Positions 44,230-52,998 of a DNA stretch of 64,000 nt are shown here, piece by piece. Numbering within the stretch: position 1 is the stretch's first letter; the number at the start of each line of letters is the position of its first letter. The translations under genes and the position numbers were made by a program. The stretch comes from Desulfurococcales archaeon (lineage in GTDB: Archaea; Thermoproteota; Thermoprotei_A; Sulfolobales; WANQ01). Where the stretch lies: contig JALVFK010000109.1 in the NCBI GenBank assembly GCA_027030065.1, forward strand, positions 13,572-77,571, in the 5' to 3' direction. Below the pieces are notes generated by a model. It worked only from the letters and a program-made list of their open reading frames with translations, did not search any database and was not told where the DNA came from.

Positions 44230-45492
44230 ATGCTAGACATGCTTGCTGACTCAATAGTGAAGTTCTTCCTACATACTGGCATATTCAACTTCGACGTCTA
44301 TCAATTACTGTTCTTAGCAATAGGCATTGTACTAATATATCTCGCTGTAGTGAAGAGGATAGAACCACTATTACTAACTGGTATTGGAACTGGCATGGTT
44401 TTAGCAAATATACCGATGGCTGGACTAGCTTCTCCACCTGCAACGCTTTTCCAGACAAATACTACTGGTCTAGCTGGTATCACATTAAATGACCTCGTTA
44501 ATGGTGGTGCGGGCCCATTATTCATATTATACTATATATTTATCCAGACAGAGCTAGTGCCATTATTCATATTCCTTGGTCTTGGAGCACTAACAGATTT
44601 CAGACCACTGATAGCACAACCCTATACATTCATATTAGGTGCTGCCGCTCAGCTAGGAGTATTTGTTGCAATGCTTGGAACACTATTCCTCGGCTTCCAT
44701 TTAAACGAGGCTGCAAGCATCGGTATTATAGGCGGTGCTGATGGACCAACAACAATCTATACTACTATTAAGTTAGCACCATATATTCTCGGTCCAACGG
44801 CTTTGGCCGCGTATACGTATATGTCGCTTGTACCAATAATACAACCACCTATCATACGCCTGTTACCTAAGAAGCATAGAGCTGTTAAGATGAAGCCGCC
44901 GAGACAAGTACACCCATTAGAAGCGTTGATGTTCCCGATACTATTAATGGTTGTTGCAACAATATTTGTCCCCAAAGCAACTCCATTGATAGGAATGCTT
45001 GCTTTAGGAAACTTGTTTAGAGAGAGCGGTATAACAGAAGTTGTTGAGAGACTATCTAAGACAGCTGCAAACGAGTTCATGAACATCCTAACAATACTAT
45101 TAACTATAACCGTCGGGTCAACGATGAGTATGGATATGGTGCGCTTCTTCTCAAAGCAAATGGGTATAACAATACACGAGTTCTTAATAAAGTTCGCAAT
45201 AATATTCGTATGGGGCCTGCTAGCCTTTGCTTTCTCAACCATTGGTGGAGTAATATTCGGCGAGATAATGTACTTTGCAACTAAGGGTAAAGTCAACCCG
45301 ATTATAGGTGCTGCTGGAGTATCAGCTGTCCCAATGTCAGCTAGAGTCTGTCAGAGAGAAGCACAGAGAATCGATCCAACAAACTTTATATTAATGAACG
45401 CTATGGGCCCCAACGTAGCAGGTGTTATTGGAACGGCGACAGCTGCTGGTATATACATTGACTTCGTGCAGAGATTTTATGGTTGGACTTAG
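44230..45492 (+). CDS. mmdB: Na+-translocating decarboxylase beta subunit (OadB/MmdB family)
   Basis: 420 aa, polytopic. 'IGIIGGADGPTTIY' and 'AAGVSAVPMSARV' are characteristic of the OadB family. Confidence 0.9.
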   Translation: MLDMLADSIVKFFLHTGIFNFDVYQLLFLAIGIVLIYLAVVKRIEPLLLTGIGTGMVLANIPMAGLASPPATLFQTNTTGLAGITLNDLVNGGAGPLFILYYIFIQTELVPLFIFLGLGALTDFRPLIAQPYTFILGAAAQLGVFVAMLGTLFLGFHLNEAASIGIIGGADGPTTIYTTIKLAPYILGPTALAAYTYMSLVPIIQPPIIRLLPKKHRAVKMKPPRQVHPLEALMFPILLMVVATIFVPKATPLIGMLALGNLFRESGITEVVERLSKTAANEFMNILTILLTITVGSTMSMDMVRFFSKQMGITIHEFLIKFAIIFVWGLLAFAFSTIGGVIFGEIMYFATKGKVNPIIGAAGVSAVPMSARVCQREAQRIDPTNFILMNAMGPNVAGVIGTATAAGIYIDFVQRFYGWT

Positions 45493-45494
45493 CA

Positions 45495-45507
45495 TTTAAT
45501 AGTTTTT
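45495..45507. repeat. 13-bp direct repeat copy 1 (TTTAATAGTTTTT)
   Basis: Exact match to 45809-45821. It starts 3 nt after the mmdB stop and ends on the first base of the stop codon of the 99-aa minus-strand gene. Confidence 0.6.
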
Positions 45508-45508
45508 T
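45503..45508 (+). terminator. oligo-T (T6) after mmdB
   Basis: TTTTTT lies 11 nt after the TAG at 45490-45492. Confidence 0.3.
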
Positions 45509-45806
45509 AATAGTAACTTATTTTTCTAAATCTCTTTCTATGACTACGGATTACATGGTTTAACTCTCTTAGCCTCATAACTGTTACCACTACTAATCTA
45601 CTATGTCTTTGAATATAGACTACGCCTACACCAGTATCAAGCGATACCGCTATCAACCTATTAGTCCACGTGTCAAACCATACTTCGTCTGGATGTTCTA
45701 AGGCTTCTAGTACTTCTTCTTCACTAATATTCCGCTCATCTAATCTCTTCCTAGCATGACTAGTATATTCTATTACTAATGGATACATAGCAGTGGCCCG
45801 TCTCAT
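45507..45806 (-). CDS. DUF4258-like small protein (toxin-like fold), orphan
   Basis: 'YTSHARKRLDERNISEEEVLEAL' matches my memory of the DUF4258 N-terminal motif. 99 aa. No partner ORF is adjacent. Confidence 0.5.
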   Translation of the reverse strand: MRRATAMYPLVIEYTSHARKRLDERNISEEEVLEALEHPDEVWFDTWTNRLIAVSLDTGVGVVYIQRHSRLVVVTVMRLRELNHVIRSHRKRFRKISYY

Positions 45807-45808
45807 GT

Positions 45809-45821
45809 TTTAATAGTTTTT
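45809..45821. repeat. 13-bp direct repeat copy 2 (TTTAATAGTTTTT)
   Basis: Exact match to 45495-45507. It starts 3 nt upstream of the 99-aa gene's start codon. Confidence 0.6.
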
Positions 45822-45822
45822 G

Positions 45823-45844
45823 AGAGGTATATTTCTATACCTCT
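45823..45844. promoter_or_regulatory. palindrome AGAGGTATA-TTTC-TATACCTCT in a divergent promoter region
   Basis: Exact 9-bp arms. Each arm contains a TATA-like core. Confidence 0.3.
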
Positions 45845-45875
45845 ATTAACACCGTTAATTAATAGGTGATACAGT

Positions 45876-46865
45876 ATAATTAGAGTAGTCTACGCAATAA
45901 AAGTCCATAGAAGCGGACTTGAACTATTATATAGTAAGGGTTTTGAAGTCATAGTATACGATAAGTCGAAGCCGTTAGAGGAGTGGTTATGCGAGAATCT
46001 TAAGGGAGCTAGAGTACTAGTAGTAGCACCCTTCCACCGTATTGGAGGAGACATACTGGATTGCGGAAACATAGAACTACTAGTAGTACATGGTAGTGGC
46101 TATGAAAACATTGATTTAAACGAGTGTTCTAAAAGAGGTATCTGTGTTGTAAATACCCCAGATGCTATTGCTGAATCAGTAGCTGAGCACGCATTAGGGC
46201 TAACACTGTCTCTACTAAGAAATATTACTTACGGAGACCGCTTTATTAGGAAAGGCCTTTGGGGCTCAGGGCCAGCTCCTAGACCACTTATAGGTACTAC
46301 TCTTAAAGGAAAGACTATTGGCGTTATAGGATTAGGGCGTATTGGGTCAAGTATTGCAAAGCTTTTCCGCAGCCTAGGTAATCGCGTCATATATTGGAGT
46401 CGTAGGAGGAAACCCGAAGTAGAGCACGCCTTAGACATAGAGTATAGAGACCTCTACGAATTGCTGGGAGAAGCAGATATAGTCATAGTTTCCCTCGCAT
46501 TAAATAAAGAAACGATAGGGTTTATGGATTACGCGAAGCTATCAAAGATGAAGAAGAATAGCATTTTAGTGAATATTAGTCGTGGGAAAATAGTAGTCGA
46601 AAAAGATCTAGTGAAGGCTCTCAGAGAGGGAATAATAGCTGGAGCTGCTCTCGATGTTTTCGAGGAAGAACCCATTAGAGAGGATAACCCATTGACGAAA
46701 TTCGATAACGTAGTGTTAACCCCCCATATAGCAGGTTATACTTGGGAGGCTATGATTGAAACTAGTAGAATGGCTGCCCAAACAATAATAGATTACTTCA
46801 ACGGAAAGATACCCTATAATGCTCTAAACATTGAGGTATGTAGGAGGAATATTGAGAAAGAGTAA
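45876..46865 (+). CDS. D-isomer-specific 2-hydroxyacid dehydrogenase (glyoxylate/hydroxypyruvate reductase-like), full length but without a canonical start codon
   Basis: I translated the frame by hand. It is open from 45870 (after TGA at 45867-45869) to 46865. It encodes ...VVYAIKVHRSGLELL...GSGYENIDL...GKTIGVIGLGRIGSSIA...NISRGKIV...LDVFEEEP...TPHIAG. There is no ATG, GTG or TTG before 46461. SD-like AGGTGAT (45864-45870) lies 5 nt before ATA at 45876. Confidence 0.8.
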   Translation: MIRVVYAIKVHRSGLELLYSKGFEVIVYDKSKPLEEWLCENLKGARVLVVAPFHRIGGDILDCGNIELLVVHGSGYENIDLNECSKRGICVVNTPDAIAESVAEHALGLTLSLLRNITYGDRFIRKGLWGSGPAPRPLIGTTLKGKTIGVIGLGRIGSSIAKLFRSLGNRVIYWSRRRKPEVEHALDIEYRDLYELLGEADIVIVSLALNKETIGFMDYAKLSKMKKNSILVNISRGKIVVEKDLVKALREGIIAGAALDVFEEEPIREDNPLTKFDNVVLTPHIAGYTWEAMIETSRMAAQTIIDYFNGKIPYNALNIEVCRRNIEKE

Positions 46866-46904
46866 AATAGCTGTACTACATAGTTATTGGTCTGCTGATC
46901 CACC

Positions 46905-48167
46905 TTGAATCTTCCTAAGCGAGAACCAATACTATTAGAGAACACGCTCATATTGAATCCAGGAGAATCTCCTAGAAGAGCAAATATCTATATTGAAGAA
47001 GACCGTATAACTGGTTTAGGCAGTGAATCCTACCCCAAGCATGGCGTAGTAGTAGATGCTAGTAAATACACGGTAACACCAGGTCTTTACGCTTCACATA
47101 CCCACCTAGGATTATATCCAGTCTCCAGGATTATTGGAGAATGGAATCACCTTGATGAGTGGGCTGAAAAAATAGCGTGGAAATGGGAACCCCATCTAAG
47201 TCCCGAGGACTCGCGGAACGCGACTATAATGGCTGTCTATGATTACTTGTCTAGGGGTATTGTTGGAGTAGCTGACATGCACTTTAATATGAATGTAGTA
47301 GCAGAAGTAGTCTATTATGCTGGTATTAGGGGTAACCTGAGTGTTGCGATAATGAATAAGGGATTCTACGATAATGAGTGGAAAGCACTTAAGGATAACT
47401 TAGAGCTCGCCTCAAAATGGCATGAAAAAGACAATGGGAGAATAATTGTTAGCCTAGGCCCCTGTACTATCCGCTTGGTTTCTAAGGAGTTATTGGAGGA
47501 GGTAGCGAGGATAAAGAGGGAGAAAAATCTTGGAGTCCACATGCACGTAGCGGAAGTATATGATGATGAGAAATATTGTAGTGATAACTATGGTGTCAAC
47601 CTAATAGAGTTTCTATACCAGTGCGGTATTCTAGGCGAGAACACTATATTAGCTCACGGAGTATGGCTTAGCTCGAAGGAAATAGAACTAATATCCATGT
47701 TTAAGTCAACAATAATACATAATCCCATAACAAATATGTTGCTTGGAAGCGGTATAGCGAAAATAAGAGAAATGATTGATAGAAACGTAAACGTAGCTAT
47801 AGGCCTAGATATCTCGCCAACACAGAACATATTTGACGAAGTATTTGCTGCACTCTTAGCTTCAAGGCTTAGGAGAGCCCCAATAAGTGTTATAGAAGCA
47901 TATAAGCTTGCAACAATTAATTCATCAAAAGTATTCAATGCAAGAATAGGGGCAGTTAAAAAAGACTATAAAGCAGATATAATCGTATGGAATACCCGTA
48001 ACAATAGAATAGAAGATCTTATAGTAGAAAAACCCAAACCATACTATGTAATTGTTGATGGAAGAATGCTTGTTAATGAAGGAGAAATAGTATCGATTGA
48101 CAGAAAAGAATACTTGAAAGCAAAAGCAAGGATAATGAGCAGAGTAGAAGAAGTCTTTGGAATATAG
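46905..48167 (+). CDS. amidohydrolase-superfamily deaminase/chlorohydrolase (MtaD/SsnA-like)
   Basis: 'LYASHTHLG' HxH metal motif, 'HMHVAE', 'LAHGVWL' and 'IGLDISP'. 420 aa. TTG start. Confidence 0.75.
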   Translation: MNLPKREPILLENTLILNPGESPRRANIYIEEDRITGLGSESYPKHGVVVDASKYTVTPGLYASHTHLGLYPVSRIIGEWNHLDEWAEKIAWKWEPHLSPEDSRNATIMAVYDYLSRGIVGVADMHFNMNVVAEVVYYAGIRGNLSVAIMNKGFYDNEWKALKDNLELASKWHEKDNGRIIVSLGPCTIRLVSKELLEEVARIKREKNLGVHMHVAEVYDDEKYCSDNYGVNLIEFLYQCGILGENTILAHGVWLSSKEIELISMFKSTIIHNPITNMLLGSGIAKIREMIDRNVNVAIGLDISPTQNIFDEVFAALLASRLRRAPISVIEAYKLATINSSKVFNARIGAVKKDYKADIIVWNTRNNRIEDLIVEKPKPYYVIVDGRMLVNEGEIVSIDRKEYLKAKARIMSRVEEVFGI

Positions 48168-48246
48168 GGATGATGTTCCGGGTTTTTAGAGATTATTTCT
48201 TAAACACTCTAGTACCGAATACCTATATGGAAATACTTGAAGGTGT

Positions 48247-48615
48247 ATGTACTTGTCTGAGACAATACTTGAAGGCTATAATAGATTGTTAATAGAGATT
48301 GGATTAGGAGTAGACTTGATAGGAAATGATGATAATGAGGCTGTGAGGAGAGCTATAAATGATATAGTACATCGGGTATGCATTCCATTCTTTGAGGAAA
48401 GAAAGATACCGTTTAAGGAGGCAATACTAGTCATCGACATCTACACGCCTAACCCAGATAATGTTCGAGGAAAACTAGTTACAGAAGCGCTACCAGTCAA
48501 ACCGAAGAATATTATTATAAGGAAGCACTTGGGTGGAGCACGTATACCCGGACTCCATAACTATATAATAGCCTCAATAGTGGCTATTACAATATATGTT
48601 CCAAAGCGAGCGTAA
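48247..48615 (+). CDS. small conserved hypothetical (possibly Lin0512/TIGR02058-like)
   Basis: 'IEIGLGVDLIGNDDNEAVRRAINDIV' resembles that family from memory. Weak call. Confidence 0.45.
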   Translation: MYLSETILEGYNRLLIEIGLGVDLIGNDDNEAVRRAINDIVHRVCIPFFEERKIPFKEAILVIDIYTPNPDNVRGKLVTEALPVKPKNIIIRKHLGGARIPGLHNYIIASIVAITIYVPKRA

Positions 48616-48628
48616 ACCGGGGTATTTT

Positions 48629-49765
48629 ATGGGAAAATGCCTTCTCTGCGGTAAAACTAGCAACACTATAAGTAATGTTATTGGAGTATGTGCTAATTGT
48701 CTTAGAAAAAGACCTAGAGAAGCCTTGAAGATCGCAATGAGAAGTCATATTGAATGGAGGATAAAGCACGGTCTACCTCCCATACCCCCTAAAACAAGTA
48801 ATGGTGTTAAATGCAGTTTATGCGTTAATGAATGCATAATACCAGTTGGAGGTAGGGGGTATTGTGGTGTTATTGTAAACGATAACGGTATCCTAAGAAA
48901 TATTGCTGGTCCCAGTAAAGCTGTTGTATTATGGTATCTAGATCCTCATCCAACTAATTGTGTAGCCGAACCAGTTTGTCCTGCTACAACTAGTAGAGGT
49001 TACCCGAAATATACTCGTGTCAAGGGCGTCGAATACGGTTATTACAACTTAGCGGTATTTTTCGGTGGCTGTAATCTTGATTGCTTGTTTTGCCAGAACT
49101 GGGAGCACAGGGAAATGCCTTACAAGTTGAATGAGAACCATATACACAGTCTAAACGAACTAGTTGAAGCTGCCATGAATCCTAGGGTAACATGTGTATG
49201 CTATTTTGGAGGCGATCCGGGACCACATATAACCTTTGCTCTTGCAGCCTCACGTATAATAGCAAGGAAAGCGAGGGAAGAAGACATTATTAAGAGAATA
49301 TGCTGGGAAACTAATGGACTAGAAAACCCATTGATAATGAGGGAAATGGCTAAGATAAGTTTGGAGACTGGAGGAATCATTAAGATAGACTTTAAGGCAT
49401 GGAGTCCCAGCATATATCAAGCGTTAACCGGGATAAATGGTGTTGAAAGAGTTAAGGAAAACATTAGGCTAGTTGCTAGTCTTATTGATAAGCGTCCGGA
49501 ACCTCCATTACTCGTGGTTAGTACTCTCCTAGTACCAGGCTACGTAGACTTATATGAGGTTCGTAAGATTGCAGAATTTCTCGCAAAAATTAATCCAAAG
49601 ATCCCCTACGTTCTTTTAGGCTTCCACCCAGATCACAGGCTTACCGATTTACCGCGCACTAGTAGGGATCACATGTTCAAAGCCTACAATATTGCCCGTG
49701 AGACCGGTCTCCGAGAAGTCTTTATGGGAAACTTATTTCTATTAGGTGATGCATATAGAGTATAG
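48629..49765 (+). CDS. radical SAM enzyme (PflA/activase-like) with an N-terminal Cys4 ribbon
   Basis: 'FFGGCNLDCLFCQNWEH' CX3CX2C cluster motif and N-terminal 'CLLCGK...CANCLR'. ATG at 48629 avoids the overlap with the upstream ORF created by the track start at 48596. Confidence 0.85.
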   Translation: MGKCLLCGKTSNTISNVIGVCANCLRKRPREALKIAMRSHIEWRIKHGLPPIPPKTSNGVKCSLCVNECIIPVGGRGYCGVIVNDNGILRNIAGPSKAVVLWYLDPHPTNCVAEPVCPATTSRGYPKYTRVKGVEYGYYNLAVFFGGCNLDCLFCQNWEHREMPYKLNENHIHSLNELVEAAMNPRVTCVCYFGGDPGPHITFALAASRIIARKAREEDIIKRICWETNGLENPLIMREMAKISLETGGIIKIDFKAWSPSIYQALTGINGVERVKENIRLVASLIDKRPEPPLLVVSTLLVPGYVDLYEVRKIAEFLAKINPKIPYVLLGFHPDHRLTDLPRTSRDHMFKAYNIARETGLREVFMGNLFLLGDAYRV

Positions 49766-49782
49766 ATTAGTGCTTAGCTTGT

Positions 49783-50253
49783 CTACTTTGTTTTTGCTCG
49801 TAGCTCTAGTACACCATTCCTAATAGTGTATCTTATAGTGTTCTTCTTTATTTTTCTCGGTAGCTCTACGATGTCGCAGAGATCGCGGATGCATATTTCT
49901 ATTCTATCACTATCGAGAATATCCACCTCCACGTCCTTTTCATCAGCGTCCACTTCCCCTATAACAACTACTTCGTCTCCCTCTACGAAGACGTCATAGT
50001 CTCTCTCTACTGTTTCAATAGGTTTCTCATTAACTTCTATCCTATTGGGAGTTAGCTCACGGAAAGTAATCTTGCCGTCAGGCCCCATTGATATGTGGAA
50101 GGCTTTTACATTAGTTCTAAACCCATACTCGTTGAAACCACTCTCAGCTAGCATTCTATTAAGCATATTCATAGCCATACGTAACTGTTCTTCAAGAACC
50201 CGGAACAATTCGTCCATTTCGTCTCGATCTTTATCTTTCTTCTTATCAAACAA
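49783..50253 (-). CDS. hypothetical, possibly Hsp20/alpha-crystallin-like small protein
   Basis: The C-terminal 'DVFVEGDEVVVIGEV...VEVDILDSDRIEI...RNGVLELR' strand pattern resembles an ACD/CS fold. TTG start. Weak call. Confidence 0.45.
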   Translation of the reverse strand: MFDKKKDKDRDEMDELFRVLEEQLRMAMNMLNRMLAESGFNEYGFRTNVKAFHISMGPDGKITFRELTPNRIEVNEKPIETVERDYDVFVEGDEVVVIGEVDADEKDVEVDILDSDRIEICIRDLCDIVELPRKIKKNTIRYTIRNGVLELRAKTK

Positions 50254-50384
50254 TTTTACTCACACTTTTCTTCTAGGAAACTAGTAGTTTTCGAAGATTA
50301 TAAGTAGATACTATATTCTAATCTAATAGTTTTCACGAGAGTAAGCCCTATACACTCCCCGAATAAGATAATAGTAATAGGGGA

Positions 50385-50774
50385 TTGTCCATGGAGTCTA
50401 TAGTTAATAGTTTAAAAAACATTATATCTAGGCTAGAGGAGTTAAGGAGGAATCTAACAAGCCATATAATGGAGGGTGATGCAGCAAATATTCTAGAAGA
50501 ACTATCAACAAGACTATCAGCAATAGCGTTGGATAATTCAATATATGTTGAAGACTTAAACGGTCTCGCTAGGAGATTAAAACTCTTATCAACACTTGCT
50601 CACGCGCTACATAATCAGTGGAGGCACATACATTCCAAAAGGGTTTTTGGTAGAGTAAATTATCTTGACGAGCATTTAAGGAATGTGATAGTAGAATTAG
50701 AGGGTATCTTAGAGGATATTAGAGTGAAAAAGACTATTAGGAGAATAGAAGTTGTGAAAAGAATAGTCTTCTAG
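50385..50774 (+). CDS. hypothetical helical protein
   Basis: 129-aa ORF with no recognised motif. Confidence 0.45.
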   Translation: MSMESIVNSLKNIISRLEELRRNLTSHIMEGDAANILEELSTRLSAIALDNSIYVEDLNGLARRLKLLSTLAHALHNQWRHIHSKRVFGRVNYLDEHLRNVIVELEGILEDIRVKKTIRRIEVVKRIVF

Positions 50775-50778
50775 AATA

Positions 50779-51657
50779 TTATCTTGAAACTGTTTTACTC
50801 ATACGGTATATTGGTGTATACTTTAACGCTTGATGTGTTTTACCGCTATAGAAGGTTGTCTTTACTCCGCGGTCTCTTAGGATTTGGTCTACCTCGTCTA
50901 TTACTAGTTTATTTGGATCATATCTCTTTGACCCTATTATGAAATTGTTAGTATACCCTATTACTGGAACCCATACATTGTACTCAAAAACTATAGGGAA
51001 TACTGATTTTATAGCATCTAATACCTCGTCGTATAATTTCTCGTAGAAGAATGATGTACCGGATTGCGTAACCATTACACCGTCGTCTGATAATATATTG
51101 TAGACTTTATCGTAGAACTCTTTACTATATAGCTGTCTCGCTAGTTCTCCCGCAAAGGGGTCTACTAGGTCGAGTATGACGACGTCGAATTTCTCGTTTG
51201 TTTCTTCAACATATTTTTTACCATCAGTTATAATTAGCTTTGTGCGTGGATCTTCGAATGCTCCTTGATGCCATTTTTCTAAGTATTCCTTAGCTAACTC
51301 TATGACCTCCTCATCTATATCTACCATTACTGCTTCTTCAACAGTATTGTGTTTTAGAACCTCTCTAAGAGTAGCTCCCTCACCACCGCCGACGATGAGG
51401 ACTTTTCTAGGCTTGGGGTGTGTAACCATTGCTGGATGTACTAGTACTTCGTGATATATGTATTCATCTACTTCAGCACTCTGGACATAGTTGTCTAGCA
51501 TTAATGCTCTTCCGAAATCCTCTAGGTCCGTTATAGCTATTTCCTGATATTTAGACCTCTTAACTACTAGTATCTTCTTAACAGTGAATATCATGTATGT
51601 GTAATCACTTGAGGGCTGAATTATTACTAAGCCGTTAACACCGCTCATAATATGCAC
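50779..51657 (-). CDS. speE: spermidine synthase / polyamine aminopropyltransferase
   Basis: 'YHEVLVHPAM', 'VLIVGGGEGATLREVLKH' and 'DVVILDLVDP' motifs. 292 aa. Confidence 0.9.
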   Translation of the reverse strand: MHIMSGVNGLVIIQPSSDYTYMIFTVKKILVVKRSKYQEIAITDLEDFGRALMLDNYVQSAEVDEYIYHEVLVHPAMVTHPKPRKVLIVGGGEGATLREVLKHNTVEEAVMVDIDEEVIELAKEYLEKWHQGAFEDPRTKLIITDGKKYVEETNEKFDVVILDLVDPFAGELARQLYSKEFYDKVYNILSDDGVMVTQSGTSFFYEKLYDEVLDAIKSVFPIVFEYNVWVPVIGYTNNFIIGSKRYDPNKLVIDEVDQILRDRGVKTTFYSGKTHQALKYTPIYRMSKTVSR

Positions 51658-51705
51658 CTCATAGCTGAATAAATTGTTCCTAGTTAAAACTATTTTTATC
51701 GCCTA

Positions 51706-52395
51706 TTAGCTTACCGTCTTGTCTCCTATTAGCTTCTTAACTTTCTCTCTAAGACCGCTCCTTCCCTCGGAACGATAGGTACTCCATATCTCGTATAAAT
51801 TGAGCTTCCTCAAAGCCTCATAGAATACCTTTACTACCGGATATCCCGTCTCTGTTTCAATATCTCTTGAAACCTCCCATAACGTGTCCTGTATTCTCGC
51901 AACTAGGCTTGCATCGAATGAATCTGCATGATGCACTATTAGTGATTCAATCATTGTGAAGGGAACGTTACCATGTACTTCAGCAATAGCTCGTATCAGT
52001 TTATCGGGAGCATGTCTTACCGATAACTCGGCGACCATTGCGAAATCATGGGAGAGATACCAGTCTGTTCTAGGCCTATAGGCTCCTATTGCTGGATCCC
52101 ACTCATATTGATAATACTTGAATAGGTCATGTAGTATTGCTGCCGCAACCACTATATCTTTATCCACAGGGATTCCATATGTTTCAACTAATGCTTCAGC
52201 TATCTTTATCGAAGACCTTGTAACACTAAGGGTATGTTCAAGCAAACCTCCGGGATAAGCATGGTGTTTTCGAGGTGCTGCTGGACTCTCCTTAAACGAG
52301 ATTTTTGGTTCAACTCGCGTAAACGTTATCTTAGGGTTTTCTAATAGCTCTAATACTATTTTACGGATATCCTTGTCTACTATTTCTTTTGCCAA
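51706..52395 (-). CDS. HD-domain phosphohydrolase
   Basis: 'HHAYPGGLLEHTLSV' and 'AAILHDLFK' (HD dyad). Confidence 0.75.
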   Translation of the reverse strand: MAKEIVDKDIRKIVLELLENPKITFTRVEPKISFKESPAAPRKHHAYPGGLLEHTLSVTRSSIKIAEALVETYGIPVDKDIVVAAAILHDLFKYYQYEWDPAIGAYRPRTDWYLSHDFAMVAELSVRHAPDKLIRAIAEVHGNVPFTMIESLIVHHADSFDASLVARIQDTLWEVSRDIETETGYPVVKVFYEALRKLNLYEIWSTYRSEGRSGLREKVKKLIGDKTVS

Positions 52396-52435
52396 TGCTA
52401 ATAGTTGTTTAAATGCTTCCTCTGGGCTTATTGCT

Positions 52436-52918
52436 CTAACCCTCCTCGTTAATTATTGGTAGCCTAAAGTCTTCTTTAACTACATTAAATACTACGCTTG
52501 TTACAGTCCTCCTAATGTATGGGTTTTGTAGTGTGTTCTTTACGAATTCGTTGAGTTCTGATATGTTTCGTGTCTTTACTATTACAGCTACATCGAATTC
52601 TCCAGTTATATCGTAGACTGCTACTACTCCTTTTTGCCTTGAAAGCCATTCCTCTACATCAACTATGTGTTTGCCTTCTACGCTCAATAGGATTAGAGCT
52701 GTTACATCATAGCCTATGAGGCGGTGATCGAGTAGTATTGTGAAGGCTCGGATAATGTTTCGCTCTATAAGCTTCTTTATTCTCTCATGGATTGTCGCTG
52801 GTGATAGTCGTAGTTCTCTGGCAATTTCTCTAATACTTGTACGTGAATTCTCTATTAGTATTGAAAGAATCTTCTTGTCTACTTCATCTAGCTTTCGCGT
52901 TCTTGCAACATTCTTCAT
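52436..52918 (-). CDS. Lrp/AsnC family transcriptional regulator
   Basis: N-terminal HTH 'LDEVDKKILSILIENSRTSIREIARELRLSPATIHERIKKL' plus a C-terminal RAM-like domain. Confidence 0.9.
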   Translation of the reverse strand: MKNVARTRKLDEVDKKILSILIENSRTSIREIARELRLSPATIHERIKKLIERNIIRAFTILLDHRLIGYDVTALILLSVEGKHIVDVEEWLSRQKGVVAVYDITGEFDVAVIVKTRNISELNEFVKNTLQNPYIRRTVTSVVFNVVKEDFRLPIINEEG

Positions 52919-52998
52919 CGTCTTAACCTATGATTATAAGATAGCGGGGATTATTAAAAGTCACCACTATCGCGATGGATGTAAAGGCTTATTTACCT

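Noticed and set aside
45890-46438. Two minus-strand ORFs (45890-46072 and 46229-46438) listed in the track
   Set aside because: They are antisense to the continuous 2-hydroxyacid dehydrogenase frame, which carries unmistakable NAD-binding and catalytic motifs.
48168-48246. GGATGATG... as a possible C/D-box sRNA C box
   Set aside because: The UGAUGA match is imperfect, and there is no CUGA D box at a suitable distance or terminal stem.
50271-50295. TTCTAGGAA ... TTCGAA elements upstream of the Hsp20-like gene, resembling heat-shock elements
   Set aside because: The nGAAn/nTTCn logic is eukaryotic. The spacing does not fit, and the Hsp20 assignment is itself weak, so this is too speculative.
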